Shown here one piece after another: positions 38,554-47,448 of a stretch of 64,000 nt of DNA. Source of the DNA: an uncultured bacterium (lineage in GTDB: Bacteria > Desulfobacterota > BSN033 > UBA1163); contig CALLAL010000003.1 in the NCBI GenBank assembly GCA_938002255.1, forward strand, positions 65,639-129,638, in the 5' to 3' direction. Position 1 is the first letter of the stretch; each line of letters begins with the position of its first letter. The translations under genes and the position numbers were made by a program. Below the pieces are notes generated by a model, which saw only the letters and a list, made by a program, of their open reading frames with translations, searched no databases and was not told the origin of the DNA.

Positions 38554-39621
38554 CTATTGTTGAAGAGAATTCTCTGCGTTTTGCTCTTTGCCACTCTGTG
38601 AGATCACTTCATATCCTGCATCGGTGATCGCCTTGACAATCACCTCGTTGGCAACGCCCTTTATATTGTCATACCGAACCTCTCCTTTTTCAAGATCCAC
38701 CTGGACATTCTGGATCCCATCCAACTGATTCAAGGCTTTCGTGACGGCCATGACGCAGTGTTGACAGCTCATCCCCTTCACCGCTAATTTGTTCATTGAA
38801 TCTCCCTTTGATTCTTCTTGGGCCTTAGATCCTTTTTCTTGCCCGCCCTTCTCTTCCTCTGAGGAATCTTTTTCCTTTACCTCAACGACCTCTATCTTCT
38901 CTTTTTCCTGTACCCCCTCAACTGCTGCGTCAATACGAGTCTTTCTTAAGTGCTTCATTAACGCTTCATACCAGATCGGGTGACGTCGTTTAGCATATTC
39001 GACATCTACTTTTCCGGTAAAGATTGATTTTGTCAGTGGGCGATTCACTTTAAAGATTAAGGCGGATAGATGGGCAACCACACCCAGGAGAAAGAAGATG
39101 GTCGCAAAGGTGTGAAGGAGGGTTGCCGCAGTAATCAATGCCGGTGAAAGGAAGACGCCAGGGAGGTTTTTAATCACTTTGATCATTCCGGTAAGGACCA
39201 GAACCAATCCGACCCCGCCCAGATAGACATAAGCAAGACGCTGCTCAGGAAGGTATTTATCTGATTTCGGCTCTTCACCCAACCCAACCATACTGAGAAT
39301 GGTAAGGACCGACGCCTTGAAATCACCCCTTTTCGGCAGAAGTCCCCGATGTCCCAGCCATCCATGATAGAGACCATGAAAAACCATCACCGAAACAAAG
39401 GCCATTCCAGCCAGGTAATGGATCTTTAAGTTGATGAAGAAGTCTCCTGCCCATCCCAGGCCTGGAATCTGGGTCACCATAAATCTTTTATACATCGGGA
39501 GCTCTCCAAAACCCGAAAAGATGAGCACCAATCCAGAGATCGCGAGTACCCAATGCTCAACGAGCTCAATCGGGCTGTGTCGAAGGATCACATTTTCTCT
39601 CTCGATGATTCTCTCTTTCAT
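38554..39621 (-). CDS. Di-heme cytochrome b membrane subunit (FdnI/HyaC-like) fused to a C-terminal heavy-metal-associated (HMA, CopZ-like) domain
   Basis: Four or five TM helices carry conserved His (HWVLAISG, HYLAGMAF..FHGLYHG, HTFATIFF..HLSALIF). An acidic, Lys-rich linker follows. The C-terminus has MNKLAVKGMSCQHCVMAVTKAL, with the HMA metal-binding motif GMxCxxC. Confidence 0.7.
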   Translation of the reverse strand: MKERIIERENVILRHSPIELVEHWVLAISGLVLIFSGFGELPMYKRFMVTQIPGLGWAGDFFINLKIHYLAGMAFVSVMVFHGLYHGWLGHRGLLPKRGDFKASVLTILSMVGLGEEPKSDKYLPEQRLAYVYLGGVGLVLVLTGMIKVIKNLPGVFLSPALITAATLLHTFATIFFLLGVVAHLSALIFKVNRPLTKSIFTGKVDVEYAKRRHPIWYEALMKHLRKTRIDAAVEGVQEKEKIEVVEVKEKDSSEEEKGGQEKGSKAQEESKGDSMNKLAVKGMSCQHCVMAVTKALNQLDGIQNVQVDLEKGEVRYDNIKGVANEVIVKAITDAGYEVISQSGKEQNAENSLQQ

Positions 39622-40613
39622 TCCTTCTCCTCCTCCATCTTTTCTATTCTCCGGTGGTAAACTGCAAGTCCAACGGCCGCCAAGCCGCTGATAAGTGGGG
39701 CAATGAGAAAGCCTTTAGCCCAACTGTTGACGGCACGTAGCGGATTGAGCACTTTGCTCATTGGGAGGCTTGATTTCGCCTCTTTCAATTTAGAGTCGAT
39801 CCTCTCAAAAGGAACCTTACTCACATAGAAAGTGGCGGTCCCCCCGTTTTCGTTTTCTCCGTAAATGAATCCTTTGATCTCTTTTGCTCTTTCATGGGCG
39901 ATCTTGACAAGATCATCCCGTTTCCCGAAATGGAGAGGTTTTTTGTCTCCCAGCCTTTTATCACAAGCCTCTACGCAAGCCGGAATCATGCCATTCTTCA
40001 GGCGATCATGGCAGAGATCACATTTATACATCACTCCTCCCCCCGCTGGCATCGGTTGTAATTTGAGATAAAGCCCTACCCCGCTCTGTCTCTGAGGGAT
40101 ATGCCAGGGACACACAGCCTTGCACTTCGCCCCTCCCATACAGAGGTTATGATTGATCACGACAGAGCCGTCTGAGTACTTATTGAGAGCCCCAAAGGGA
40201 CAGAGATTGGCACAGGGGGGATTGTCACAGTGCATACAGCGACGGGGAATAAAGATCTCCTCTCCCTCTACCTCCACTTTCTGAACGGTGGTCCAGTTAT
40301 AAGGGGTAAGTTGATTGGTCACCTCTCGCTTCTTCGACCAGTCATCGAAGGTCTTTTGAGGCCAGAGATTTTTGATTGGCTCTCTGGGTTCTGGAAATTT
40401 CTTCACATTTTCTTTTCGGCAAGCCTCCACACATTTCGGGATGGGCTCGTTTTTACAGCCATCACATCTGGTCAGGTCAATCAGGGTAGCGTAGGTACCC
40501 GCTTTGGCAGAAGCCGTCCCTGTCACCCCTACAGTGCAGGCGGCACCCAAGGCCGTCACCATTGCCCCCTTCTTCAAAAAATTTCTTCGAGTCAGCCTGT
40601 GATCTTTCTCCAT
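39618..40613 (-). CDS. Tat-exported 4x[4Fe-4S] ferredoxin subunit (FdnH/HybA-like) with a C-terminal membrane anchor
   Basis: A twin-arginine signal (RLTRRNFLKKGAMVTALGAA) is present. There are four Cys clusters (CDGC..C..C, CMHCDNPPCANLCP, CMGGAKCKAVCP, CDLCHDR..CVEAC). The tail has one TM helix. Confidence 0.75.
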   Translation of the reverse strand: MEKDHRLTRRNFLKKGAMVTALGAACTVGVTGTASAKAGTYATLIDLTRCDGCKNEPIPKCVEACRKENVKKFPEPREPIKNLWPQKTFDDWSKKREVTNQLTPYNWTTVQKVEVEGEEIFIPRRCMHCDNPPCANLCPFGALNKYSDGSVVINHNLCMGGAKCKAVCPWHIPQRQSGVGLYLKLQPMPAGGGVMYKCDLCHDRLKNGMIPACVEACDKRLGDKKPLHFGKRDDLVKIAHERAKEIKGFIYGENENGGTATFYVSKVPFERIDSKLKEAKSSLPMSKVLNPLRAVNSWAKGFLIAPLISGLAAVGLAVYHRRIEKMEEEKE

Positions 40614-40673
40614 ACACCGTTCTCCTTTGGCCTACCCGATGCGCTATTTTCTCAGCGCTTTGGGTTAGGTTGC

Positions 40674-40955
40674 TTACGCCCAATCCATATACTTTGAAAT
40701 GACTTCTCTAAATTCCTGCAAGGATTCCTCTTGTTGCACTCCAGATGCTTCTTTGCTCCTCTTCAAACACTCCTCCAAATGAGTCTGAATAATAATCGTT
40801 CCCACCTTTTTGATGGCCGCTGTGGCTGCCGCATTTTGCATTAAAATGTCCTGACAGGCCGCCCCCTCTTCGACCATTCTCTGAAGCCCCCGTATCTGTC
40901 CCTCAATTCGTCTCAGCCTTGCCAGGATCTCTTTTTTCTGTCTTTCTTTGTTCAT
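40674..40955 (-). CDS. csoR: CsoR/RcnR family metal-sensing transcriptional repressor
   Basis: A 93-aa protein. ARLRRIEGQIRGLQRMVEEGAACQDIL...H...C matches the CsoR fold, including the Cys-His-Cys metal ligands. Confidence 0.7.
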   Translation of the reverse strand: MNKERQKKEILARLRRIEGQIRGLQRMVEEGAACQDILMQNAAATAAIKKVGTIIIQTHLEECLKRSKEASGVQQEESLQEFREVISKYMDWA

Positions 40956-40959
40956 ACAC

Positions 40960-40974
40960 TACCCCCCTATGGTA
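40960..40974. promoter_or_regulatory. Candidate CsoR operator: a G/C tract flanked by TACC/GGTA inverted ends, immediately upstream of the csoR start
   Basis: The plus strand reads TACCCCCCTATGGTA. This resembles B. subtilis CsoR operators (TACCCTACGGGGGTA type). Confidence 0.4.
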
Positions 40975-41142
40975 TAAACAAATTTTAACGATCCTTTTCC
41001 TCTTTGTCAAGGGATGGAAAGTGATGTGTCATTTAAGAATTCCTGATGACACAATTAGGTGCTGAGACCATAGATCCGAAATGCATTGAACCAGAAAGGA
41101 AACCTACGTTCTAAATCCCAGAGTCTCCGTGGGAGGGATCAG

Positions 41143-41808
41143 CTATTTTTTCCTCAAAACAGGTTCGGAGTAGTAAGCTGTGACCATCTCATTACTATCA
41201 TCGGTGTCGGTCTGGATACCAATGGCTAAGATAGGGAGAGGTTCTGTTTCAAAGGCTCTTTTAAAATCTTGATGGAGATTTCTCTCAAAATAGACCCATC
41301 GTCCAACCTTTACCTCCCCCGTTTCCACCACATAAATTTTGCAGTTTGCCTGTGCAGGATGGTCAAAGAGATGCCCCCTGGGAAGACGCGTGGCCCAGAT
41401 GTATTCAATCCTCAAGCCTGCAGGATCCATCATTCCAATTCTCTTGAGCGGTCCCCCTCGTCCAAAGATGACGATCACTCGGGCGGCTGCATCAAAACGA
41501 TCTTTTCTCGTCTCGATGGCAGAGCGAACCACATTCGATATCTTCCATCCCCACTTAAGAACAGCCAGATCTCTCTCCTTTTCTCCAATGACTTTAAAGA
41601 GGGAAGAACGACTTCCTGCACTTTCTGCTTTGATGATCCTGTTACCCGCCTTTGAGTAGAGGGTGGGAACTTTCTGAAAATATTTTACTTCCACCCAGCC
41701 TTTGATAGGAGATTCCGGCTCTTTCGGTTCTTCAGGAGGAGACCCGAAGAAAGGAATTTGAGCCAGGATCAAAAAGAGTCCTACGGGGATCCAGAGAAAT
41801 TTCATCAT
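41143..41808 (-). CDS. Secreted hypothetical protein (DUF3047-like)
   Basis: A signal peptide is present. Length is 221 aa. The family assignment is tentative and based on length and pattern. Confidence 0.4.
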   Translation of the reverse strand: MMKFLWIPVGLFLILAQIPFFGSPPEEPKEPESPIKGWVEVKYFQKVPTLYSKAGNRIIKAESAGSRSSLFKVIGEKERDLAVLKWGWKISNVVRSAIETRKDRFDAAARVIVIFGRGGPLKRIGMMDPAGLRIEYIWATRLPRGHLFDHPAQANCKIYVVETGEVKVGRWVYFERNLHQDFKRAFETEPLPILAIGIQTDTDDSNEMVTAYYSEPVLRKK

Positions 41809-41847
41809 TTCATGTTATACCACATGAATGATAAAGATGGAAAACTT

Positions 41848-41877
41848 TTGACACGGTTCTCTTGGGTCCCTTATAAT
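41848..41877 (+). promoter_or_regulatory. Near-consensus sigma70 promoter for the LysE-family gene
   Basis: TTGACA (41848-41853), an 18-nt spacer, then TATAAT (41872-41877). The ATG lies at 41918. Confidence 0.5.
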
Positions 41878-41917
41878 AGGGACATTTTATAGTTTTCATC
41901 TAAGACGTGGAGGAGAG

Positions 41918-42541
41918 ATGGAGATTGTTTTTTTCTTAAAGGGACTGATAATCGGATTTTCAATTGCTGCACCGGTCGGACCCATAGGTCTTTTGTGTAT
42001 CCATCGCACAATCATGGTAGGGCGCGCAACGGGTTTCATTTCCGGTCTCGGAGCAGCCACGGCTGATGCTTTCTACGGATCCATTGCAGCATTTGGATTA
42101 ACGACCCTCTCTACCCTGCTTACCCGCCAGCAAGAATGGTTTCGTCTTCTCGGTGGTTTTTTTCTATGCTACTTAGGTCTGAAGGCTTTTTTCTCTAAAC
42201 CGGCGGCGCAAATAGTTTCTGTCAAAGGAAAAGGACTTACGGGCGCTTACCTCTCAGCTTTCCTCCTGACGCTCACGAATCCAGTAACCATTCTTTCCTT
42301 TATGGCTATATTTTCCGGATTGGGATTGGTGAGTGCTGGAAGAAATGATATGGCTGCTGGTGTTTTGGTATGTGGCGTGTTTTTAGGATCAGCCCTCTGG
42401 TGGTTTTTCCTAAGTACTGGCGTTGCCTGCTGTCAGAAAAAGTTTAATGTTCATGGGATGAAATGGATCAATCGGGTTTCAGGCCTCCTCATTGTGCTTT
42501 TCGGCCTGTATGTCCTCCTTCATCTTATTAAAGAAAGTTGA
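41918..42541 (+). CDS. LysE/RhtB family amino-acid exporter
   Basis: A 207-aa protein with six TM helices. The N-terminus GFSIAAPVGPIG is typical of LysE/RhtB. Confidence 0.75.
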   Translation: MEIVFFLKGLIIGFSIAAPVGPIGLLCIHRTIMVGRATGFISGLGAATADAFYGSIAAFGLTTLSTLLTRQQEWFRLLGGFFLCYLGLKAFFSKPAAQIVSVKGKGLTGAYLSAFLLTLTNPVTILSFMAIFSGLGLVSAGRNDMAAGVLVCGVFLGSALWWFFLSTGVACCQKKFNVHGMKWINRVSGLLIVLFGLYVLLHLIKES

Positions 42542-42572
42542 AAAAAAGAGAGAGAACAGTTAACATCGAACC

Positions 42573-43256
42573 ATGAGTTACGTGACGTTTGTGGGGGTGG
42601 AAGCTGTCCTTTTTGACTTTGAAGGAACGCTGGTTGATCATCAGTGGAACCGCCAGAAAGCGGTTGAAGAAACGTTGAAAAGACTTCAAGCCCTCGGTTT
42701 TCCTACCACCCGAATTCAAGGTAGAAAATACTCTCTTCTTAAGCATGAGGTGATTGCTATCGCCTCAGAAGTTGGACTACCACCGGATCCATTCATCAGC
42801 GAGATTGACTGTATCTATGATCAATTTGATGAGGATGCCTTAAGTCGATGGAGCTTGAGACCACTCGTCAAAGACTTTCTCTCCTCTCTCAAAACCTATG
42901 GGCTTCACACAGGGTTAGTCACCAATCTGGGGGCGAAGGTTTTGAAATTAGGTTTAAAGAAGTTAGCACTCTTGCCTCTTTTTAACGTCGTTGTCAGCCG
43001 AAACGATGTGAACCAACCCAAACCGAACGGAGAAGGAATCCTTCTGGCCCTTCATCGCCTCGGCGTTCTCAAGGAGAAAGCTCTCTTCATCGGAGACAGT
43101 CTGGATGATATTCAAGCTGCACAAGAGGCAGGCGTGCCGGTGATCATTATTCAAGGCGGTGAGAATTCCGAAGCAGAGATCCTCGCTCGAGGCCCTGACG
43201 CCCTGATTCAGGACTATGGAGATCTTCTTGCCTCTCTAAAGGAGGATCGGCGTTGA
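42573..43256 (+). CDS. HAD superfamily hydrolase (phosphoglycolate-phosphatase-like)
   Basis: Motif I VLFDFEGTLVD and motifs IGDSLDD are present. Confidence 0.7.
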   Translation: MSYVTFVGVEAVLFDFEGTLVDHQWNRQKAVEETLKRLQALGFPTTRIQGRKYSLLKHEVIAIASEVGLPPDPFISEIDCIYDQFDEDALSRWSLRPLVKDFLSSLKTYGLHTGLVTNLGAKVLKLGLKKLALLPLFNVVVSRNDVNQPKPNGEGILLALHRLGVLKEKALFIGDSLDDIQAAQEAGVPVIIIQGGENSEAEILARGPDALIQDYGDLLASLKEDRR

Positions 43257-44110
43257 AACGATGGGGGCTAATCCTTCTCATTTCGATTGGCTTTTTTTCT
43301 CATGGACTTGCCAATCCTTTTCAGGAAATCCCTCCTGCTTATCAATTTCTTCTTGACCGATTAACACAGGATGGGCTCGATCAGCAGTTTTTGTTTCCTC
43401 TATTCCTGGATGCCCGTGCTCAACCCATTCCGAACCGATTAACGATCTCCCTGATGACCAGGGAAATCCCAGAAATTTACGCCAAATTCCTGACCTTTGA
43501 ATCGATTTTTCTTGCCAAAAGTTTTCTCCGTGACCATCGCCGTATTTTGAACGAGATGGAGAAAAAGTTCGATGTGGAGAAGGAAATCGCTGTGGCCATC
43601 CTTCTCGTGGAATCGCGATTTGGGGAAAACATTGGGAAACATCGCGTGATCCCCACACTCGCCAGCCTGGCCATCATGAATTCTCCAGAAAATCTTTCCA
43701 GAAACTACTCAGCCATCTGGGAGTCCAATCCAGAAGTCCCTTACAGCTGGATTGAACATCTGGCCAGCCGAAGGGCCAACTGGGCCTATCAGGAGCTCAA
43801 ACATTTTCTGGAGATCATTCGATCGGAGGAGATCGATCCTCTTGAGGTGTATGGCTCCGTTGCAGGTGCCCTGGGCATGCCTCAATTCATTCCATCCAGT
43901 TATATCGCCTATGCGGTGAAAAAAACCAGTTTTAAGGAGTGGTTGCTTGATCCGGAATCTGCCATCTTCAGCATTGGCAATTTCTTAAAATCCCATGGAT
44001 GGAAAAGAGGCTTTTCGACCGCCCAGCAGAAAAAACTCCTCTGGCACTACAACCGGAGCGAACCCTACGGAGAAACCATCCTTGAGGTAGCCCGAAGACT
44101 TAAGAAGTAA
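43253..44110 (+). CDS. Lytic murein transglycosylase (MltB-like)
   Basis: A signal peptide is present. The motifs ILLVESRFG and GALGMPQFIPSSY are typical of MltB-family transglycosylases. Confidence 0.65.
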   Translation: MKRWGLILLISIGFFSHGLANPFQEIPPAYQFLLDRLTQDGLDQQFLFPLFLDARAQPIPNRLTISLMTREIPEIYAKFLTFESIFLAKSFLRDHRRILNEMEKKFDVEKEIAVAILLVESRFGENIGKHRVIPTLASLAIMNSPENLSRNYSAIWESNPEVPYSWIEHLASRRANWAYQELKHFLEIIRSEEIDPLEVYGSVAGALGMPQFIPSSYIAYAVKKTSFKEWLLDPESAIFSIGNFLKSHGWKRGFSTAQQKKLLWHYNRSEPYGETILEVARRLKK

Positions 44111-44203
44111 TTCAAAAATTTGAAGGAATCGTCTCAAGGTTTGAAGCCCAAACCCAATAGACAAAATCAGCTTGTTCCGTCTAAAAGGAAGGCATGAGAC
44201 ATT

Positions 44204-45427
44204 ATGAAAAAGAATTTGCTCCTCATTGCCACTCTCGATACAAAAGGAAGAGAGATCGCCTATGTGCGCGACTGTGTCCGGGAAAGAGGAATAAAGCCTG
44301 TTCTGATGGACGTCGGGACGTTGGGAAACCCTCTAACGCCTCCGGATATTTCTTGCGAAGAGGTGGTAAGAGCAGCTGGATATGAACTGAAAGAACTCCG
44401 GGAGAAAAGGGATCGCTCTGTTGCCATTAAGGCTGTCCAGGAAGGCGGGGCCATCTGGGCAAAACGTCTCTATGAGGAGGAAAGGTTGCATGGACTTTTT
44501 GGAATAGGAGGGGGAACTGGAACGGCGATTGTGACTTCCATTATGCGCTCCCTTCCTTTCGGTTTGCCTAAACTGGTCCTCTCGACAGTGGTCTCCCGTG
44601 ATATAAGGGAATATGTTGGCACCAGAGATATTGTTATGTTTCACTCTGTGGCTGATATTCTGGGGATGAATCCATTCTTGCGCCTCATTCTTGGACAGGC
44701 TGCCTATGCCATCTCAGGAATGATGGAAAAAGGGACTCACATTCAGAAAGGGAAGCCCATGGTGGCGGTGACAGCCTACGGAATTAACTCTCTTTGTGCC
44801 CTCCATGCAGAGCCCATGCTTCAGCAGAGAGGGTACGAGATGATCACATTCCACGCCAATGGATGCGGGGGCATGGCTATGGAAGAACTTTGCGCACAGG
44901 GGCTGATTGAGGGAGTCCTCGATTTTACGACCCACGAAATTGCAGATGAGATGTTTGGAGGGTACTGTCGGGGGATTGGCCCCCAACGTCTCGAAACAGC
45001 AGGTCAAATGGGAATCCCGCAGGTGGTTGTTCCAGGAGGGTTGGATAATGCAGTATTCAGCCCCTATTATCCCATGCCAGATCGATTGAAAGGAAGAAAG
45101 GTCCATCCCCATGACATCCGCTTTTGTGTCCGATTAGGGCCCGAAGAGATGGTTGAATTTGCTAAGATCATCGGAGAAAAATTAAAAAAATCAAAAGGTC
45201 CCACTTATGTGTTGATTCCTAAGAACGGCTGGTCCGAAGCAGACAAACCCGGCAGTGACCTTTTCGACCCGAAGACCAACCAGATCTTTGTTGAGGAGTT
45301 GAGAAAAATCATCGGTTCCAAGATTCCCATGGAAGAGGTAAATGCCCATATCAGTGACCCTACCTTTGCCCAGAGAGCCGTTGAGCTAATAGATCATATG
45401 ATTCGTAAGAAAAAAGAGAACCCTTAA
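44204..45427 (+). CDS. UPF0261 (Tm-1-like) family protein
   Basis: The N-terminus [12 protein letters not shown] and the overall 407-aa length match the UPF0261 family. Confidence 0.65.
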   Translation: MKKNLLLIATLDTKGREIAYVRDCVRERGIKPVLMDVGTLGNPLTPPDISCEEVVRAAGYELKELREKRDRSVAIKAVQEGGAIWAKRLYEEERLHGLFGIGGGTGTAIVTSIMRSLPFGLPKLVLSTVVSRDIREYVGTRDIVMFHSVADILGMNPFLRLILGQAAYAISGMMEKGTHIQKGKPMVAVTAYGINSLCALHAEPMLQQRGYEMITFHANGCGGMAMEELCAQGLIEGVLDFTTHEIADEMFGGYCRGIGPQRLETAGQMGIPQVVVPGGLDNAVFSPYYPMPDRLKGRKVHPHDIRFCVRLGPEEMVEFAKIIGEKLKKSKGPTYVLIPKNGWSEADKPGSDLFDPKTNQIFVEELRKIIGSKIPMEEVNAHISDPTFAQRAVELIDHMIRKKKENP

Positions 45428-45455
45428 CCTGAGAGGAAAGAAAGGAGAAAAAACG

Positions 45456-46028
45456 ATGGGACTGAAAGGAAGTCAGACCGAAAAGAACCTGATGGCCGCC
45501 TTTGCCGGAGAGTCTCAAGCCAGAACTCGTTACACCTACTTTGCCAGTGCTGCCAAAAGAGAAGGATATGAACAGATTGCGGCCCTCTTTCTCGATACAG
45601 CGGAAAACGAAAAGGAACATGCCAAACTCTTTTTTAACCTGCTTCAAGGAGGCGAGGTGGAAATTACGGCGGCCTATCCTGCTGGACCTGTTGGAAACAC
45701 TGCCTCCAATTTAAAGGCAGCCGCGGATGGGGAAAAACTCGAGTGGACCACTCTTTATCACAACTTTGCTGAGATCGCAAAACAGGAAGGCTTTCTCGAA
45801 ATTTCCGAAACCTTTAACTGGGTTTCCAAGGTGGAGAAGGCTCATGAGGAAAGATATCGAAAACTACTCAAGGGAGTGACAGAGGGAAAGATTTTTAAGA
45901 AGGAGACCCCTGTCAAGTGGCATTGCCGTAATTGTGGTTATGTTTTCGAGGCCAACGAGGCTCCTGAAAAATGCCCGGTCTGTAAACATCCTCGTGCATT
46001 CTTTGAAGTTTACGCAGAAAATTATTAA
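45456..46028 (+). CDS. rbr: Rubrerythrin with C-terminal rubredoxin-like domain
   Basis: Di-iron ferritin-like motifs (E..E..H twice) are present. The C-terminus has CRNCGY...CPVCKH. Confidence 0.85.
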   Translation: MGLKGSQTEKNLMAAFAGESQARTRYTYFASAAKREGYEQIAALFLDTAENEKEHAKLFFNLLQGGEVEITAAYPAGPVGNTASNLKAAADGEKLEWTTLYHNFAEIAKQEGFLEISETFNWVSKVEKAHEERYRKLLKGVTEGKIFKKETPVKWHCRNCGYVFEANEAPEKCPVCKHPRAFFEVYAENY

Positions 46029-46051
46029 AGACTATTGTTGTGTATTTAAAT

Positions 46052-46088
46052 GAAAGCCCCGCTTATTTAGCGGGGCTTTCATGTTGTT
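46052..46088. terminator. Hairpin terminator after rbr (possibly bidirectional)
   Basis: The perfect 11-bp stem GAAAGCCCCGC...GCGGGGCTTTC has a 7-nt loop. The flanking T-richness is modest. Confidence 0.55.
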
Positions 46089-46234
46089 GAAAAACGATTG
46101 TTTTGCCTTTTTGCAATGACTTGGAACCTTCTGGTTCTTGTCCTGTAGGTCTTCTAACCTCTCTTTTCCGTTTCTTTATCACACAAGATTAAGGGGTCCC
46201 CTCCCCTCTTAAGAGAGAACCCAAAAAGACCTTA

Positions 46235-46297
46235 ACAGGACGCCTTGCATTTGCATGTGGTGGCAAACCTTTTTACAACCTTTTTAATCGTCATCAT
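46235..46297 (-). CDS. Unannotated 21-aa micro-ORF MMTIKKVVKRFATTCKCKASC, a candidate RiPP precursor peptide
   Basis: A strong AGGAGGTG SD lies 5 nt before ATGATG. The C-terminus is Cys-rich (CKCKASC). It sits co-directional, about 80 nt downstream of the ATP-grasp-like gene, in the rSAM/SPASM cluster. Confidence 0.3.
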
Positions 46298-46377
46298 CCT
46301 CACCTCCTTTCTAACAAAATCATATCATAAAAAACGACAAAGGCAAGCCTTTTTATTGGTCTGGAAATTCTGACCTT

Positions 46378-47448
46378 TCATGCTTCAAAACAGGCTTTAG
46401 GCAAGTGAGAAAGATCAATGGTTTCATACAGTCTTTCTATTTTGATGGAGAGGTCTTGAAGGAGGTGAAAGGTTGGCACAGGAATCTGGAGAGCCGTCCG
46501 TGCAACGACATCCTCATAAAGGTTGTGCCTTAAATAAGAAGGTTCGCTTCTCTCAAACCAGATTTTGGCTTCCCACGACCTTTGGTTAAAGGTCTCTGTC
46601 TTAAACACCTTTTCTTGAAGCCCATAACCTTCACCCGGGGTGACAAAGGCTAATATGCCGTGGTTCGATATGGACCGTGTCGAAAGGTTGGCATACATGC
46701 AAATAAAACGGCCACCGAAAGCAACCGACCGAATCGAAAAATGAAATCCATCCACGGAGCTTTCAATATATTCCTGTAGCAAATAACTCTGACGCTCTGA
46801 TTTCAGTCTGGAAAACTCTTCAGGATGGTAAATCTTGTGTAACCCCCTGCCTCCTCGTCCAACGCGCCGTTTCAATACAAGCACTGATTTCTTTTCTAAA
46901 AACCCCTCCGCCTCTGTGAGGTCGCTGAGATCGAGGCATCTGGTTTCAGGCACGGGAAAGATGGAATGGAGCAATTGATACTGAACCCATTTGTCTTCAA
47001 GTCTCAACCCAGGATGGAAGGTATTAGGGAAAGGCCCCATGCCATCCATCCATATTTTGAAGGGTTTCAGAGCCTCAATGAAAGGGAGCCCCTGAAGATA
47101 CTCTTGAAAAGACTTGCCATAGACTTCTTGAGAGGTGGTCTCAATGAATTTAAAAATGCCCGAAGGTCTTTTCAGGTAAACTTGGTGGGTCAGTTCATAC
47201 TCCTGGGCTCCTCCGGGCAAACCCACATTGACGTCAATGACGAAAGGAGTCACCCCTTGAGAAATCAGAAAATCGATTCCCAAATACATTGCTTTCCATC
47301 CTGAATAAAAATCCTTCCCCTCACAAGCCCGCGAGGGAGGTCTGCTCTGACATCGCCTGTAGAAGGTCGGGTCACTTTTTTGATTCTCCTTCTCCTGATT
47401 CTTCCCGAAAGACTCCCCTGGCACAACACTGGAAGAGATCCGGCGCAA
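46378..47448 (-). CDS. ATP-grasp-like protein with atypical motif order (candidate peptide ligase)
   Basis: The K-loop VLVLKRRVGRGGRGLHKI and the segments LLQEYIES and FHFSIRSVAFGGRFICMYAN are ATP-grasp-like. An E-x-N-x-x-PG-like segment GIDFLISQGVTPFVIDVNVGLPGG lies N-terminal of them. The start is either 47448 (77-nt overlap with the rSAM gene) or 47289. Confidence 0.5.
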   Translation of the reverse strand: MRRISSSVVPGESFGKNQEKENQKSDPTFYRRCQSRPPSRACEGKDFYSGWKAMYLGIDFLISQGVTPFVIDVNVGLPGGAQEYELTHQVYLKRPSGIFKFIETTSQEVYGKSFQEYLQGLPFIEALKPFKIWMDGMGPFPNTFHPGLRLEDKWVQYQLLHSIFPVPETRCLDLSDLTEAEGFLEKKSVLVLKRRVGRGGRGLHKIYHPEEFSRLKSERQSYLLQEYIESSVDGFHFSIRSVAFGGRFICMYANLSTRSISNHGILAFVTPGEGYGLQEKVFKTETFNQRSWEAKIWFERSEPSYLRHNLYEDVVARTALQIPVPTFHLLQDLSIKIERLYETIDLSHLPKACFEA

